Shown here: one piece after another, positions 8,000 through 17,360 of the stretch
Layout of the letters: each line of letters starts with the position of its first letter
Position numbering within the stretch: the first letter of the stretch is position 1
Virus record (IMG/VR): IMGVR_UViG_3300037631_001783
Coordinates: 1 to 42,377 of that record
Origin: a virus
Taxonomy: Duplodnaviria > Caudoviricetes
Direction: 5' to 3' (one strand)
Length of the DNA stretch: 42,377 nucleotides
The notes under the pieces: generated by a model
The model's database searches: none
Told to the model about the DNA's origin: nothing
The model's input: the letters and a program-made list of their open reading frames with translations, nothing else
Program-made: the position numbers and the translations under genes

Positions 8000-10425
8000 G
8001 AAACGTTCAGCAGCGAAGTAACCGTGATGCGCGTTGCGCTTTCGCAATAATAAGCCAATACATCAACCGCAGCAGCTGTTGTCGTCAACGTTGGGGCCGT
8101 ACCACCAGCAAACTTGTACTTCGTGCCCGCATAAGCAAGAGTCCTGCTTCCTGTTCCATCCTGCGTAACCACAATCACACCAGATTGACCAGCAGTCACG
8201 TTGGCTGGATCGCCAAGAGTTCTGTTGCCAGCAAGCGTCACGCTGAAGTTATTGCCAAGGCTCATGTCAACAGCAATAGTTGCCCCATCGGTCAATGCAA
8301 CAGGCGTTCCACGCTGTGCCTTCGTAAAGCTCTGAGTAACAGCAAGACCAGCAAGAGTCGTAGTCGAAGCAGGAATCGTGACCGTAACGTCAGCACCTGG
8401 ATCAGCAACACTCAACGTCAGCTCATGTGCGTCAGGCGTTGCACCCTCAAAGATCAGGCTGCCATTGAACGTAGCGTTGCCAACAAACAGTGATGTGCTG
8501 TCGAACGTTGCAACACCCCCAACGTCTAACGTTCCAGGAACATCAACATTGTCGGTAAATTCAACATCTGTGCCATTAGCAGCTGTCTGCAGCAATTGGC
8601 GAGCACTGCCATTTGCAAGCTTGCTGACTGCAATCTCTGCAGTTGCACTGATGTCCGCATTGGCAATCGTGCCATCAGCAATCATTCCACTTGAAATTGT
8701 TCCAATGTCACCCGTAGTTACAACGTTTCCCGTAACATCCGGGAATGTAATCGTGCGAGCTGCAGTTGGGTTTATAGCTGTAATCGTGGTTTCATATTCA
8801 TCAACTGCAGAACCCTCAAACGCCAATACAGTGTTCTGGCCCAGTAACACCGTCCCAGTAAATGTGGGGCTGGCAGCACTAATCTTTTCGCTGTCAAGCT
8901 CTTGAATTGCAGCTTGAACATCAGTCGCTGAGATACTTCCAGCAGCCGTAAAACTAATATTTGAAGCAGTCTGACCAGCAATTGCGTTTGAAACGTCAAT
9001 TAGAACAAAGTCAGCGCCTGCACCTGTAGACAGCAACATATCTGGCGGGGCCAGTGCAACTGAAGGCGCTGCACCAGAACCCGTACCAGAAGTCGAAACA
9101 ACGACGTAATAGTTTTGGTTTGTGACAGCTGGAGCAGGCAATGCCTGCCCACTCGTAAAACCAGCAGCACTACCCTCGCTTGTCACACTATCAAGCAAGT
9201 TCGCAGCGGCGTCATACGTTCCAGCAAGTACAAGGTTGCCGCTGATAATCGTGATTGGTAAGTATGAAGTACCCGTAAAAATGTAAAGGTCTTCATTAAG
9301 CTCGTCGAAGAAAAACTGACCCTTGAAATCACCATCAGGGAAAGTAACGACGTTGTCGGTTGAGCCAGCACCGCCGAACTTAGTAATTGAAGCGTCAGCC
9401 ATTTTTTCGGCTGTGACTGAAGCCGTGCCCAAAAGTGCGCTGCCAATTGTTCCACTTGTAATATTTGAAGCCGAAATATTGGGAATGTCAGAAGCTGCAA
9501 GAACCGCACCACTTGAAATATGGCCTTGACCATCAACCGTTACTTTCGTGAAAGTGCCAGCCGTTGTGCTGTTGCTGTGATTAAGGTTGCCGCTACCGTC
9601 AACAGCCAAACCCGTTCCAGGGATAACAGCACCCTTTGCGCTGCTAGTTGCTGCAGGTAAGTCACTAGCCGTTAAAGCACGGCCGCCAGTTACTAAACCT
9701 TTGACGCTGTAAGTGACGACATGGTGCGTTGAGCTGGCCGTTACATCGTTATCAACCTCAATCGTGTTGGCGTCCATTCGGAGCCCTTCACCATTGACAA
9801 CCACACCACCTTTGGCGCTTGTCGTTGCGACAGGAATATCACTGCCATCAATTGTTCTGTAAACAACCGCACCGCCCTCGCCAGTGGGGCCAGCTAAAAA
9901 CTTGTTTGCTGCATCAGTGTCATTCTGAGTTGCGGCAATAGCAACGCTTGAACCTGTGGTGGTGACAACAATGTCAACCAGACCAACCGTGCTGCCAGTC
10001 ACAGCATCGATGGAGCCAGCAGCTTTTAGGCTCAGCCAAGCCGACCCGTTCCAGCAATACAGCCTGTTATCACCCGTATCTAATGCCAGTTGCCCCATAA
10101 ACGCTCCAGAAGTTGGAAGCGTCGTGACTAGGTCAACCGTTGATTCGTCGGCAAGTTTGGCTGCTGTTACACCGTCGTTGGCAAGCTTGGCAGTCGTGAT
10201 CGCTGAATCGGCAACAGCTGCTGTAGCAACGTCACCCGCGCCAAAAAGGATCTTCGCCCCAGGGATCGTGTCATCACTAATTAAGGTGACGCCATTTGCG
10301 ACTAGGTCACCGACCGTTAGCTTTTTGGTCTCACTGGCGCTGCTATCGACAACAGCAACTAAATCACCAGCGGCTAGATCAGAGCCACCAAGAGCATTTA
10401 GCTCACTAATTTTTAAATCAGCCAT
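7996..10425 (-). CDS. Tail fibre shaft protein
   Basis: MADLKISEL N-terminus; ITTAKLA/VTAAKLA repeats; KVTVDGQGHI fibre motif; very A/G/T-rich. Confidence 0.8.
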   Translation of the reverse strand: MADLKISELNALGGSDLAAGDLVAVVDSSASETKKLTVGDLVANGVTLISDDTIPGAKILFGAGDVATAAVADSAITTAKLANDGVTAAKLADESTVDLVTTLPTSGAFMGQLALDTGDNRLYCWNGSAWLSLKAAGSIDAVTGSTVGLVDIVVTTTGSSVAIAATQNDTDAANKFLAGPTGEGGAVVYRTIDGSDIPVATTSAKGGVVVNGEGLRMDANTIEVDNDVTASSTHHVVTYSVKGLVTGGRALTASDLPAATSSAKGAVIPGTGLAVDGSGNLNHSNSTTAGTFTKVTVDGQGHISSGAVLAASDIPNISASNITSGTIGSALLGTASVTAEKMADASITKFGGAGSTDNVVTFPDGDFKGQFFFDELNEDLYIFTGTSYLPITIISGNLVLAGTYDAAANLLDSVTSEGSAAGFTSGQALPAPAVTNQNYYVVVSTSGTGSGAAPSVALAPPDMLLSTGAGADFVLIDVSNAIAGQTASNISFTAAGSISATDVQAAIQELDSEKISAASPTFTGTVLLGQNTVLAFEGSAVDEYETTITAINPTAARTITFPDVTGNVVTTGDIGTISSGMIADGTIANADISATAEIAVSKLANGSARQLLQTAANGTDVEFTDNVDVPGTLDVGGVATFDSTSLFVGNATFNGSLIFEGATPDAHELTLSVADPGADVTVTIPASTTTLAGLAVTQSFTKAQRGTPVALTDGATIAVDMSLGNNFSVTLAGNRTLGDPANVTAGQSGVIVVTQDGTGSRTLAYAGTKYKFAGGTAPTLTTTAAAVDVLAYYCESATRITVTSLLNVS

Positions 10426-10442
10426 GGACGGCTAGCTCCTGG

Positions 10443-11315
10443 TTAAAATTGCTGCTGCTGTAACGACAGTTTAGCGGTGCTGTCTTGCTCCAAGCGTATG
10501 TCACCAGAGTCCTCTTGCAAGAGAGCATCTGGCGCTTGGGTTGACATTCTTAAACGCAGCGGACCTGTTGTTATGAAATCAGCCGTAATTTGAACAGTGC
10601 TGTCAGGTGAAAACTGTATGGCGGCTGATGTAATAATTCCCACAACGCGCCACCAAATTTCATCCCCATCGCGAGCAGCGTTGTTGCCTGGGTTGTAGCC
10701 GTTCTTTTTGATATAAAAACGCCCAATAAAGTTACTGCCAACTTTTGTGCGGTGCGCTAGCTCGTACAAATACATTGGTACCTCTTTTTCCGTATCACCG
10801 GTATATTCCCAAAAAGCAGTAATACGGCCGGAGCCGGAAATTAAAGTATTGACTCTGGAACGAAACTCATCAGATAGCACCGTTGTGTCAACTGTTTCGC
10901 GCTCAGTATTAATTTCAAAGCTTTGTACCTGAGCTAAAAGACGCGGCGCAGCAGATTCAACAACAACCTTAATAGGTATTGAGTTGCCTGGAGTGGCAAG
11001 CGCAATCGCATTTGGTTTGCCGCCACTGACTGCATTGGCAAAACTGTCGTAAAGCCTGATCCCGTCTAGCTCGTCAACATGGACAAATCTTTTTATGCCT
11101 GCATCTGTATAGCTATTTACAAAATCAAGCGCACTGCCATCCGTACTTGTAATTTCGACTTGATCGCCTGAAACAAGTTGGCCGTGCTCAAAATCAAAGC
11201 TGAACCGTTTTTCAGTTGCGTTTACGTCAGAAACATTAATCGTTGACCGCAACTCGCCGCCATCGAAGACACGTCTTAATTCAACCTCGCCAAACGTGCC
11301 AAGATATACAGTCAT
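10443..11315 (-). CDS. Tail-tube-like minor tail protein / fibre attachment ring
   Basis: Start MTVYLG by TAATG overlap; VQSFEINTERETVDTT..ISGSG resembles the major tail protein core. Confidence 0.65.
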   Translation of the reverse strand: MTVYLGTFGEVELRRVFDGGELRSTINVSDVNATEKRFSFDFEHGQLVSGDQVEITSTDGSALDFVNSYTDAGIKRFVHVDELDGIRLYDSFANAVSGGKPNAIALATPGNSIPIKVVVESAAPRLLAQVQSFEINTERETVDTTVLSDEFRSRVNTLISGSGRITAFWEYTGDTEKEVPMYLYELAHRTKVGSNFIGRFYIKKNGYNPGNNAARDGDEIWWRVVGIITSAAIQFSPDSTVQITADFITTGPLRLRMSTQAPDALLQEDSGDIRLEQDSTAKLSLQQQQF

Positions 11316-11785
11316 TAGATATTCACGAATGTTGGGGCGCCACACCCTTGGAACGCAATGTCAGCCGCAAAAATTTCACCTACTGACATCGTTAGCGTCA
11401 CATTCGTAATTATTACCCGCAACTCAATGTAAAGACCGTCTGCCGACCCATCATCAACCTTTAGTCGAAGACTAGATCGAACTTCGTTTGGTGTATTTTG
11501 ATCGCCTTGCAATAGGCTTGCCCCCTGCCCAGGGCTTCCGTCTCTCGCTTTAATTACTTTGTTAATAAACGTACTAGCGTTGTTTAAATTTGATTCATCT
11601 CTGTAATAAAGGACACGACAGCTGCCACTGGTGTTGCGGCTATCAGGCTCGAAAAAATCATCGCTCTCGCTAAGAGTCCTTGTGTTCAGCACAGAAACAG
11701 TCGTGCTGACAGTCCAATTCTGAACTGAGGCAATGGTGTTGCCTTCAAGCAACAGACTTCCCTTTGTGCCGGTAAAAAAGGGCAT
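11315..11785 (-). CDS. Tail-tube-like minor tail protein
   Basis: FTGTKGSL..VQNWTVS..TSGSC..ADIAFQGCG pattern of tail tube folds. Confidence 0.65.
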   Translation of the reverse strand: MPFFTGTKGSLLLEGNTIASVQNWTVSTTVSVLNTRTLSESDDFFEPDSRNTSGSCRVLYYRDESNLNNASTFINKVIKARDGSPGQGASLLQGDQNTPNEVRSSLRLKVDDGSADGLYIELRVIITNVTLTMSVGEIFAADIAFQGCGAPTFVNI

Positions 11786-12165
11786 CAGAGCACGCCAATC
11801 AGATTAACTGTAACAGTGCTAATCCCTGAACGCACCTGGACGACCTTCGGGGGGCCTTCGTACCTGTACTTATTCCCAAAAGTCTTTGCATCAAGCTCAC
11901 TCGTATTGCTCTCCCAACCTTTTACGTAACCAGTAGGCATAAAGTCAAACGTGCCAAACGTCCCCTGCTCTTCTTGGTAATGGTCTAAAAACAGCTTGGC
12001 GTTGGCGTCCGGGATGTTTGCGTAAGTCAGAGACAGCTTCATGTTGGTGCGGTTGCTGCCGTACAAAATCCTATGCTCAACGCCGTTTTGACTCTTAAAG
12101 ACCTTGACGGGGAAGTCGCCAGCGTCATACGTGCGAGCGGTAGGGACTAAATCAGGGAAAGCCAT
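11785..12165 (-). CDS. Distal tail-like protein (lambda gpM-like)
   Basis: Size, position and FL..Q.G..F.F pattern. Confidence 0.55.
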   Translation of the reverse strand: MAFPDLVPTARTYDAGDFPVKVFKSQNGVEHRILYGSNRTNMKLSLTYANIPDANAKLFLDHYQEEQGTFGTFDFMPTGYVKGWESNTSELDAKTFGNKYRYEGPPKVVQVRSGISTVTVNLIGVL

Positions 12166-15100
12166 TAGACATCCTCCACTTCTACAGAGTTGGGGTCTTC
12201 AACGAATTTGGCAAGCTCACTAGCTCCATCGCTAGTGCAATTATGCTCAGAAGCCACAATATCCACTGTGCCCTCCTGCGAAAACGTTAACTGCTCAACA
12301 ACATAAACGTTCTCGCTCTTGTTGCCGTCTTGGACAGTGAACACAGAATTGTGGAATCTGGTGTCAGCCACCCTCCCACCGCTAATTTCCATCCGTCCAT
12401 CGTCTACGTCTTCTGAACCTACTTGGAAAAAGGTGACGCTATACATTCCATCAGAGAGGCTTTCGACACTTGTCACCGCCCCTGATGAACTGACCGTACC
12501 GTTATTTGCGCTTCTGTACGGAGAAGACTCAGTAATGACCTTGATGTATGAACCCGCTCTTAAATTTAAACCTTCTATCGTTGTTGAAAAACTAATTGTA
12601 TGAGTGACAAACTTACGAAGACCTAAGAAGTATTGCGCGACCTTAACAGCGTGGCCCCTAGAAGTGCAGAACTGTGTCAGATCAAAATTTTCTTCCGGCA
12701 AGTTTGCTGATGGGCTGCCTTTTATTTTTACTTTCATAACTCTTTCTTCTGGGAGTTTATTGCGCGACTCAAACCGATACCGAACTGTGGCTGTAAAGTT
12801 TCTGCGCTCTTCGCTTCTTAAATATTCGAGCTTGTAGCTGTCTTCCAAGATGTTGCCTGACGTAAACAGCTGATCAATTGGTACTGGCCCGGTGTTGATG
12901 TGACCGCTTGCTTTGTTGTACGGAAGAGCTGGCAGCAGAGAAAATTTCCCATCCATCATCACAAAGTTGCACAAGAAATAAGGCGCAGTGTCTGTGATGT
13001 ATTGACGAAGGTTTGTGCGTTCTGTAATCGCTCCATTAAAAAACAATTCTTGCTGGTGAATGAACCTAGCGGCCTCTCTGAAATCATCTACGTTCAGCAA
13101 GAACGCATTATCTGGGGTCATGCCCATAAGGTTGCCCGCTCCACCTTGCCTGTCAGTCAGCAGATAAAAAACAAGGTCGGTGAATAAGTGGCTTGGGCCA
13201 ACCGACGCTTGGTAATACAAATCACCCGGTTCGTCATAAGGGTTGTTTGCAGAAGCAGTCGTATCAGGATGCAAACGTTTCACAGGTATTCCTTGCCCGA
13301 TCCAGCAACGCAGCTGGTCCAAGCTTGTAAAGTTACGGCTAGCCTTGAGCGATAAACCGGCAATTGTTAAACCGTTATATTCTGGAACTTTGCTGTTAGG
13401 TAGAACTTCGTTGACGTAAACAATGCTGTGCTCAGGCTCTGATTCGTTTGATTTTTGCACCAAACCTCTATAGAAACTTAGATCTGCATACTGACTATGA
13501 TTTTCAAATTCGGTATCTCCTGTTAATTCAGACGTACCAGGGGTAGTCACAAGATCAGCGACCCTGTATTGGAAACCTACTTGGTTATAAGTCCAGTAAA
13601 AAGCGTTATTGGCAGGAGAAATGGTCTCAGTGTGCGTGAAAGTTTCGTCCTTATCCCAGTCGCTTGTCGTGTAACCGTCATTAATAACTTCAACAGGGCC
13701 GGAAAAATTCCACTTCTTTGTCAGGCCAGTAAAGTGACCCGCAGGTAAACTCATCACCTCAACATTAAGTCTGATTTTTATTCTTTTACTTCCTTCTTGA
13801 ATGCTTTTAATTGCGCTGCTTTTTGTTCCAAGTGCAAGATTTTCTGCATCGCCAAAGATGTCATAGAAATAGCCACCCATGCGCCCTTCAGGCACGCTTG
13901 TGGTGTTAATGTCCGTAATCCTGTAGTAAAACCCGGACCACCGAATTGCTTGCCCAGAAGGATGATTGTCTCTGAAATTATTGCTGCTTGGATAAGGAGA
14001 ATTGGAATAGCCTGGCTGCTCTGTGCCTTCTGTTGAACCCTCTCCACGCCTAATGAGAATAAGATCGTTCTTATTGAACCCTGGAGAACTACCAATTACT
14101 TGTGCACTAAGTATTCGCCAAACATAAATTTGACCGTTATTGGCTCTTGCGTATTGATCAGCTAGCAATGCTCGCTTGTCGACCGTCCATTGCACCCTGA
14201 CCCATCTGTTACCAGGCAGGTCTTCGCGAGTGTTTAAAGTTCTTTGTGTTCCTTCACCGCCTGGGTAATTATCAGCATTGCCAAAAATTGCAAAGGTAAA
14301 AGAACCCATCCGACCAGGCGGCTCTAGGTTGCCTGCATTTGCGTGCTCAACCATTGAGATGGCACGGCGAAATACACCACCCTGATCCGCAGGTCTCGCG
14401 GAATTGGGTTGTACTGCTGAAGGCACCGTGGTCTCTTCACCAACTATTTTGGTTTTTGGGTTGCGTAAAAATTCTTTGTTCTTTTCAATATCTTTCTTTC
14501 TGATCCTGGAGCCAGCCGTTTCTATTTCAAATCTTCCAAGACTTGAAATATTCTTATCTTCAAAAACAAGTGGTTCTATTACGTCAGAAATTGACGCGGA
14601 AAGAAGAATCATTTCTTCATCGTCAGACAACTGCGCTACCTCAGATGCCGCGACTGATACAAACTTGTATTCAAGCTCCTTAGGCTCTCCTTGTGGATGC
14701 TTGAACCTGATGAAGTTGTATTGATCAACAGGCGTGCTGCCCCTGACAACAAAAAATAAATCTATACGTCTAAATCTAAAGGCATTGTTGCTGCTATCTA
14801 CGCCAGCTTCGCGCACGTAAACTTGAAACACAGAAGACCTGACGATTGAGCCTGTGTACGTTCCAGAGCGCACTGATACTTCGTTCTGCTGAAACTTGTC
14901 TAACTGGTCTGGAGTGGGCAGATTGTTAAAAGAGCAAATGCCATTTAGCCGTTGAAAAACTCTACTTCGGATGCCTATCTCAGTTACAACAGCGGGCTTG
15001 TTGTTTCTGACGATAGCGGTAGCAATTCTTGTTACGGGATAAAATATAGGTTTAACTCCACTCCCATCAGCAATAAAATCTTTTTCAGGATCTATAACTT

Positions 15101-16607
15101 CATGGTCGTTTACAAAACCAATCCTTGCATCTTGCGACTCGTCAGTATCAATACACCTTAAGCTAATTTTTTGAGTCATATCGATCGTAGGGTCAAACCG
15201 TTGATGCCTGCGCCCTATAACCACAAACAATACGTTGCCAACAGCAAATTGCTCTCCAACCTGCATTGCTTCATCGGCTGCAAGCTGCTCTGCCTCGACC
15301 GTAGCATTAATGTCATCAACGTTTTCACCGCCTCTGTTATTGCTGCGCTGATACTTGTTTTCTGGAATTTCTCCTTTCTTGATTTCAAATTCAACAATGT
15401 CGCCAACATCAACTCGATCTCTTTCAGTTAAGTTATTACCTGGCACGTCAAGCACTGTTCCGTTTGTTCTTATAAGTGCGCTTAAACCCATGCGTGGGCT
15501 GTACTGACGGCCTTCGCCATCCATGTAAAACCGCCGTACTTTTTTTAACAAATTTTCGTTGCCTATGTCAAAATTTGAATCTTTGTCGCCAGTAATTTTC
15601 ATTTGACGCACCGTTAATGCGTGCTTTTGTTTGTCTTCAGTTCCCTTAATGATTGGCACAAGCTCAAAATTTACCCTGTAACCAGTGCCATTAGGAATAG
15701 CCCCGTACACCCCAAACTGAGTATTATTAGTAGGCGAAAACGCATGACAAAAACTTTTAGACCTAGCTCCGGTATCGCTTGGGCATTCAAATACATCATC
15801 ATCACTCGCATACTCGAACGGATCTCCTTTGCTCGGGTCGCCAGCCGATCCATAAAAAAGATTTCTCCGCTCCAAACGGTTAAAGCTTGACGCTGAATCA
15901 GTAAGCCCATCCGTCAGCATTGGTGAGTTGCGTTTCCAATAGAACGCAAAAAAGTCGCTGAACAGAATGTCTAAGGCGTTGTTGCCGAGAAAAATACCTT
16001 CAAGCTCAGGCTCAATAATCCCATCAGGGCTAACACCATCGGCAAAACCGTGTTCGCCAACAACAAACATCAACTTGGCTGATTGCTGCGTTCCATGGCT
16101 AAACATCCGTGACCAAACAAGCTTTGGCGTAACCAACATCCCGCCAACTTTTTTAGCCTTGACATAACGACCAAAAATGATCGGTATGGGAGAACCGTAA
16201 TCTGCAAGCTCATTTAAGCTGTCAAACCCACGGCTTGGGACAAAACGGCTTGCAGCGTTGACGCTGCCAAGGTCTAGCTGTGATCGTTTTGATGCTTCAG
16301 GTGCTTTAGGTTTTGGCGTCAGCAGGTATGAAACGCCAGTTAGTATAAGACTGACCGCAATACTTACAAGTGTGGCGGTTACTGGGTCGCCGTTAACTAC
16401 ATGAGGAATATGCTCATACTCTGCAGGTCTTAACCGACCGCGCCGCCTTACTTCAGCTGCAAAAAGTTGATACTCTTCTTCTGTAATTCCAATCGTCTTA
16501 ATTAACTCTTTCTCGTACGGAAGCAGTGGTACGTTGGAAACAGTTGGACCGAAGACCACTGAATCTTTTTTGATATTCGATTGACGTACAAAATTCCCGT
16601 CTGCCAT
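12165..16607 (-). CDS. Tail tip / hub protein (lambda gpI/gpJ-like)
   Basis: 1480 aa; N-terminal hydrophobic stretch then YGSPIPIIFG; follows gpL/gpK-like genes; true start may be about 50-80 nt downstream. Confidence 0.75.
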   Translation of the reverse strand: MADGNFVRQSNIKKDSVVFGPTVSNVPLLPYEKELIKTIGITEEEYQLFAAEVRRRGRLRPAEYEHIPHVVNGDPVTATLVSIAVSLILTGVSYLLTPKPKAPEASKRSQLDLGSVNAASRFVPSRGFDSLNELADYGSPIPIIFGRYVKAKKVGGMLVTPKLVWSRMFSHGTQQSAKLMFVVGEHGFADGVSPDGIIEPELEGIFLGNNALDILFSDFFAFYWKRNSPMLTDGLTDSASSFNRLERRNLFYGSAGDPSKGDPFEYASDDDVFECPSDTGARSKSFCHAFSPTNNTQFGVYGAIPNGTGYRVNFELVPIIKGTEDKQKHALTVRQMKITGDKDSNFDIGNENLLKKVRRFYMDGEGRQYSPRMGLSALIRTNGTVLDVPGNNLTERDRVDVGDIVEFEIKKGEIPENKYQRSNNRGGENVDDINATVEAEQLAADEAMQVGEQFAVGNVLFVVIGRRHQRFDPTIDMTQKISLRCIDTDESQDARIGFVNDHEVIDPEKDFIADGSGVKPIFYPVTRIATAIVRNNKPAVVTEIGIRSRVFQRLNGICSFNNLPTPDQLDKFQQNEVSVRSGTYTGSIVRSSVFQVYVREAGVDSSNNAFRFRRIDLFFVVRGSTPVDQYNFIRFKHPQGEPKELEYKFVSVAASEVAQLSDDEEMILLSASISDVIEPLVFEDKNISSLGRFEIETAGSRIRKKDIEKNKEFLRNPKTKIVGEETTVPSAVQPNSARPADQGGVFRRAISMVEHANAGNLEPPGRMGSFTFAIFGNADNYPGGEGTQRTLNTREDLPGNRWVRVQWTVDKRALLADQYARANNGQIYVWRILSAQVIGSSPGFNKNDLILIRRGEGSTEGTEQPGYSNSPYPSSNNFRDNHPSGQAIRWSGFYYRITDINTTSVPEGRMGGYFYDIFGDAENLALGTKSSAIKSIQEGSKRIKIRLNVEVMSLPAGHFTGLTKKWNFSGPVEVINDGYTTSDWDKDETFTHTETISPANNAFYWTYNQVGFQYRVADLVTTPGTSELTGDTEFENHSQYADLSFYRGLVQKSNESEPEHSIVYVNEVLPNSKVPEYNGLTIAGLSLKASRNFTSLDQLRCWIGQGIPVKRLHPDTTASANNPYDEPGDLYYQASVGPSHLFTDLVFYLLTDRQGGAGNLMGMTPDNAFLLNVDDFREAARFIHQQELFFNGAITERTNLRQYITDTAPYFLCNFVMMDGKFSLLPALPYNKASGHINTGPVPIDQLFTSGNILEDSYKLEYLRSEERRNFTATVRYRFESRNKLPEERVMKVKIKGSPSANLPEENFDLTQFCTSRGHAVKVAQYFLGLRKFVTHTISFSTTIEGLNLRAGSYIKVITESSPYRSANNGTVSSSGAVTSVESLSDGMYSVTFFQVGSEDVDDGRMEISGGRVADTRFHNSVFTVQDGNKSENVYVVEQLTFSQEGTVDIVASEHNCTSDGASELAKFVEDPNSVEVEDV

Positions 16608-16873
16608 GTGACTGCGAATGCCCAGGATTGCTGCGGTAACAGCAGAATATCCCCATCATACTCAGGCTTCTTGACCCGAAAACCCCAGTTCAACAAATCA
16701 CGCGATACTTCCCATTTGCTTGCCTCGTACCAGGACTGCTTAAACGGTGGCGGATCAATGCCGATATGCCCTAAAGCCTTGTAGCAAAGGTGGATACAGT
16801 CAATATGGCCATCACTGCCGTCAGCACCTAGCCGATACGGCATTCCAATGAGATCAGCGCAGTCGGACACCAT
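16502..16873 (-). CDS. NlpC/P60-like tail tip protein (gpK-like)
   Basis: LIGMPYRLG..IDCIHLC and GDILLL motifs; position. Confidence 0.7.
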   Translation of the reverse strand: MVSDCADLIGMPYRLGADGSDGHIDCIHLCYKALGHIGIDPPPFKQSWYEASKWEVSRDLLNWGFRVKKPEYDGDILLLPQQSWAFAVTWQTGILYVNRISKKIQWSSVQLFPTYHCFRTRKS

Positions 16874-17360
16874 TGCTAATTGGCAGGTTGCCTACAAGTG
16901 TTTGAGTCAGGGATCGATTTGGCACGTCCGTACCAACAGCATCTAAAACAGAACTAAGTTCTATGTTGAGCGAAACGTTGTCCCACTGTCCACCGGTTAC
17001 GACGCCTGTGTAAGTGTGAACAACAGTAGCTCCCGGGCTGGTCACTGTCTGACCTTGAACAGAGGTAGAGTTCTCAATAATTAACACCTGCACCATCATT
17101 CGGTAGCTTTTGATAATTGCGTCTCTGCCCCACTCTCTCGTCAAAGCATTGTTTGGAAAAACGAGGGATGCGTCCATTCCGTCGCCTGTGCGGTTAACAG
17201 TGACGCCAGAAAAACCAAATGGCACAAACTGAAAATTCGCATTTACATTGTCAGCGCCAGTGTGGGTCATGTTTTTTCCAATAAAAAAGTTCTGAAAGCG
17301 GAAGTCAGCACCGCCTTCAATCACAATTTGTAAGGCATGACCAAAAGCAAATGCCGTCAC
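16854..17360 (-). CDS. Minor tail protein (gpL-like)
   Basis: Directly after tape measure; FVPFGFSG and C-terminal P.R pattern. Confidence 0.6.
   Translation of the reverse strand: MTAFAFGHALQIVIEGGADFRFQNFFIGKNMTHTGADNVNANFQFVPFGFSGVTVNRTGDGMDASLVFPNNALTREWGRDAIIKSYRMMVQVLIIENSTSVQGQTVTSPGATVVHTYTGVVTGGQWDNVSLNIELSSVLDAVGTDVPNRSLTQTLVGNLPISNGVRLR

Noticed and set aside
8185-10435. Long plus-strand ORFs (e.g. 8378-8905, 9956-10435) opposite the fibre gene
   Set aside because: Antisense shadows of Ala/Thr/Gly-rich codons with no protein-like features; the same applies to most nested ORFs in the track
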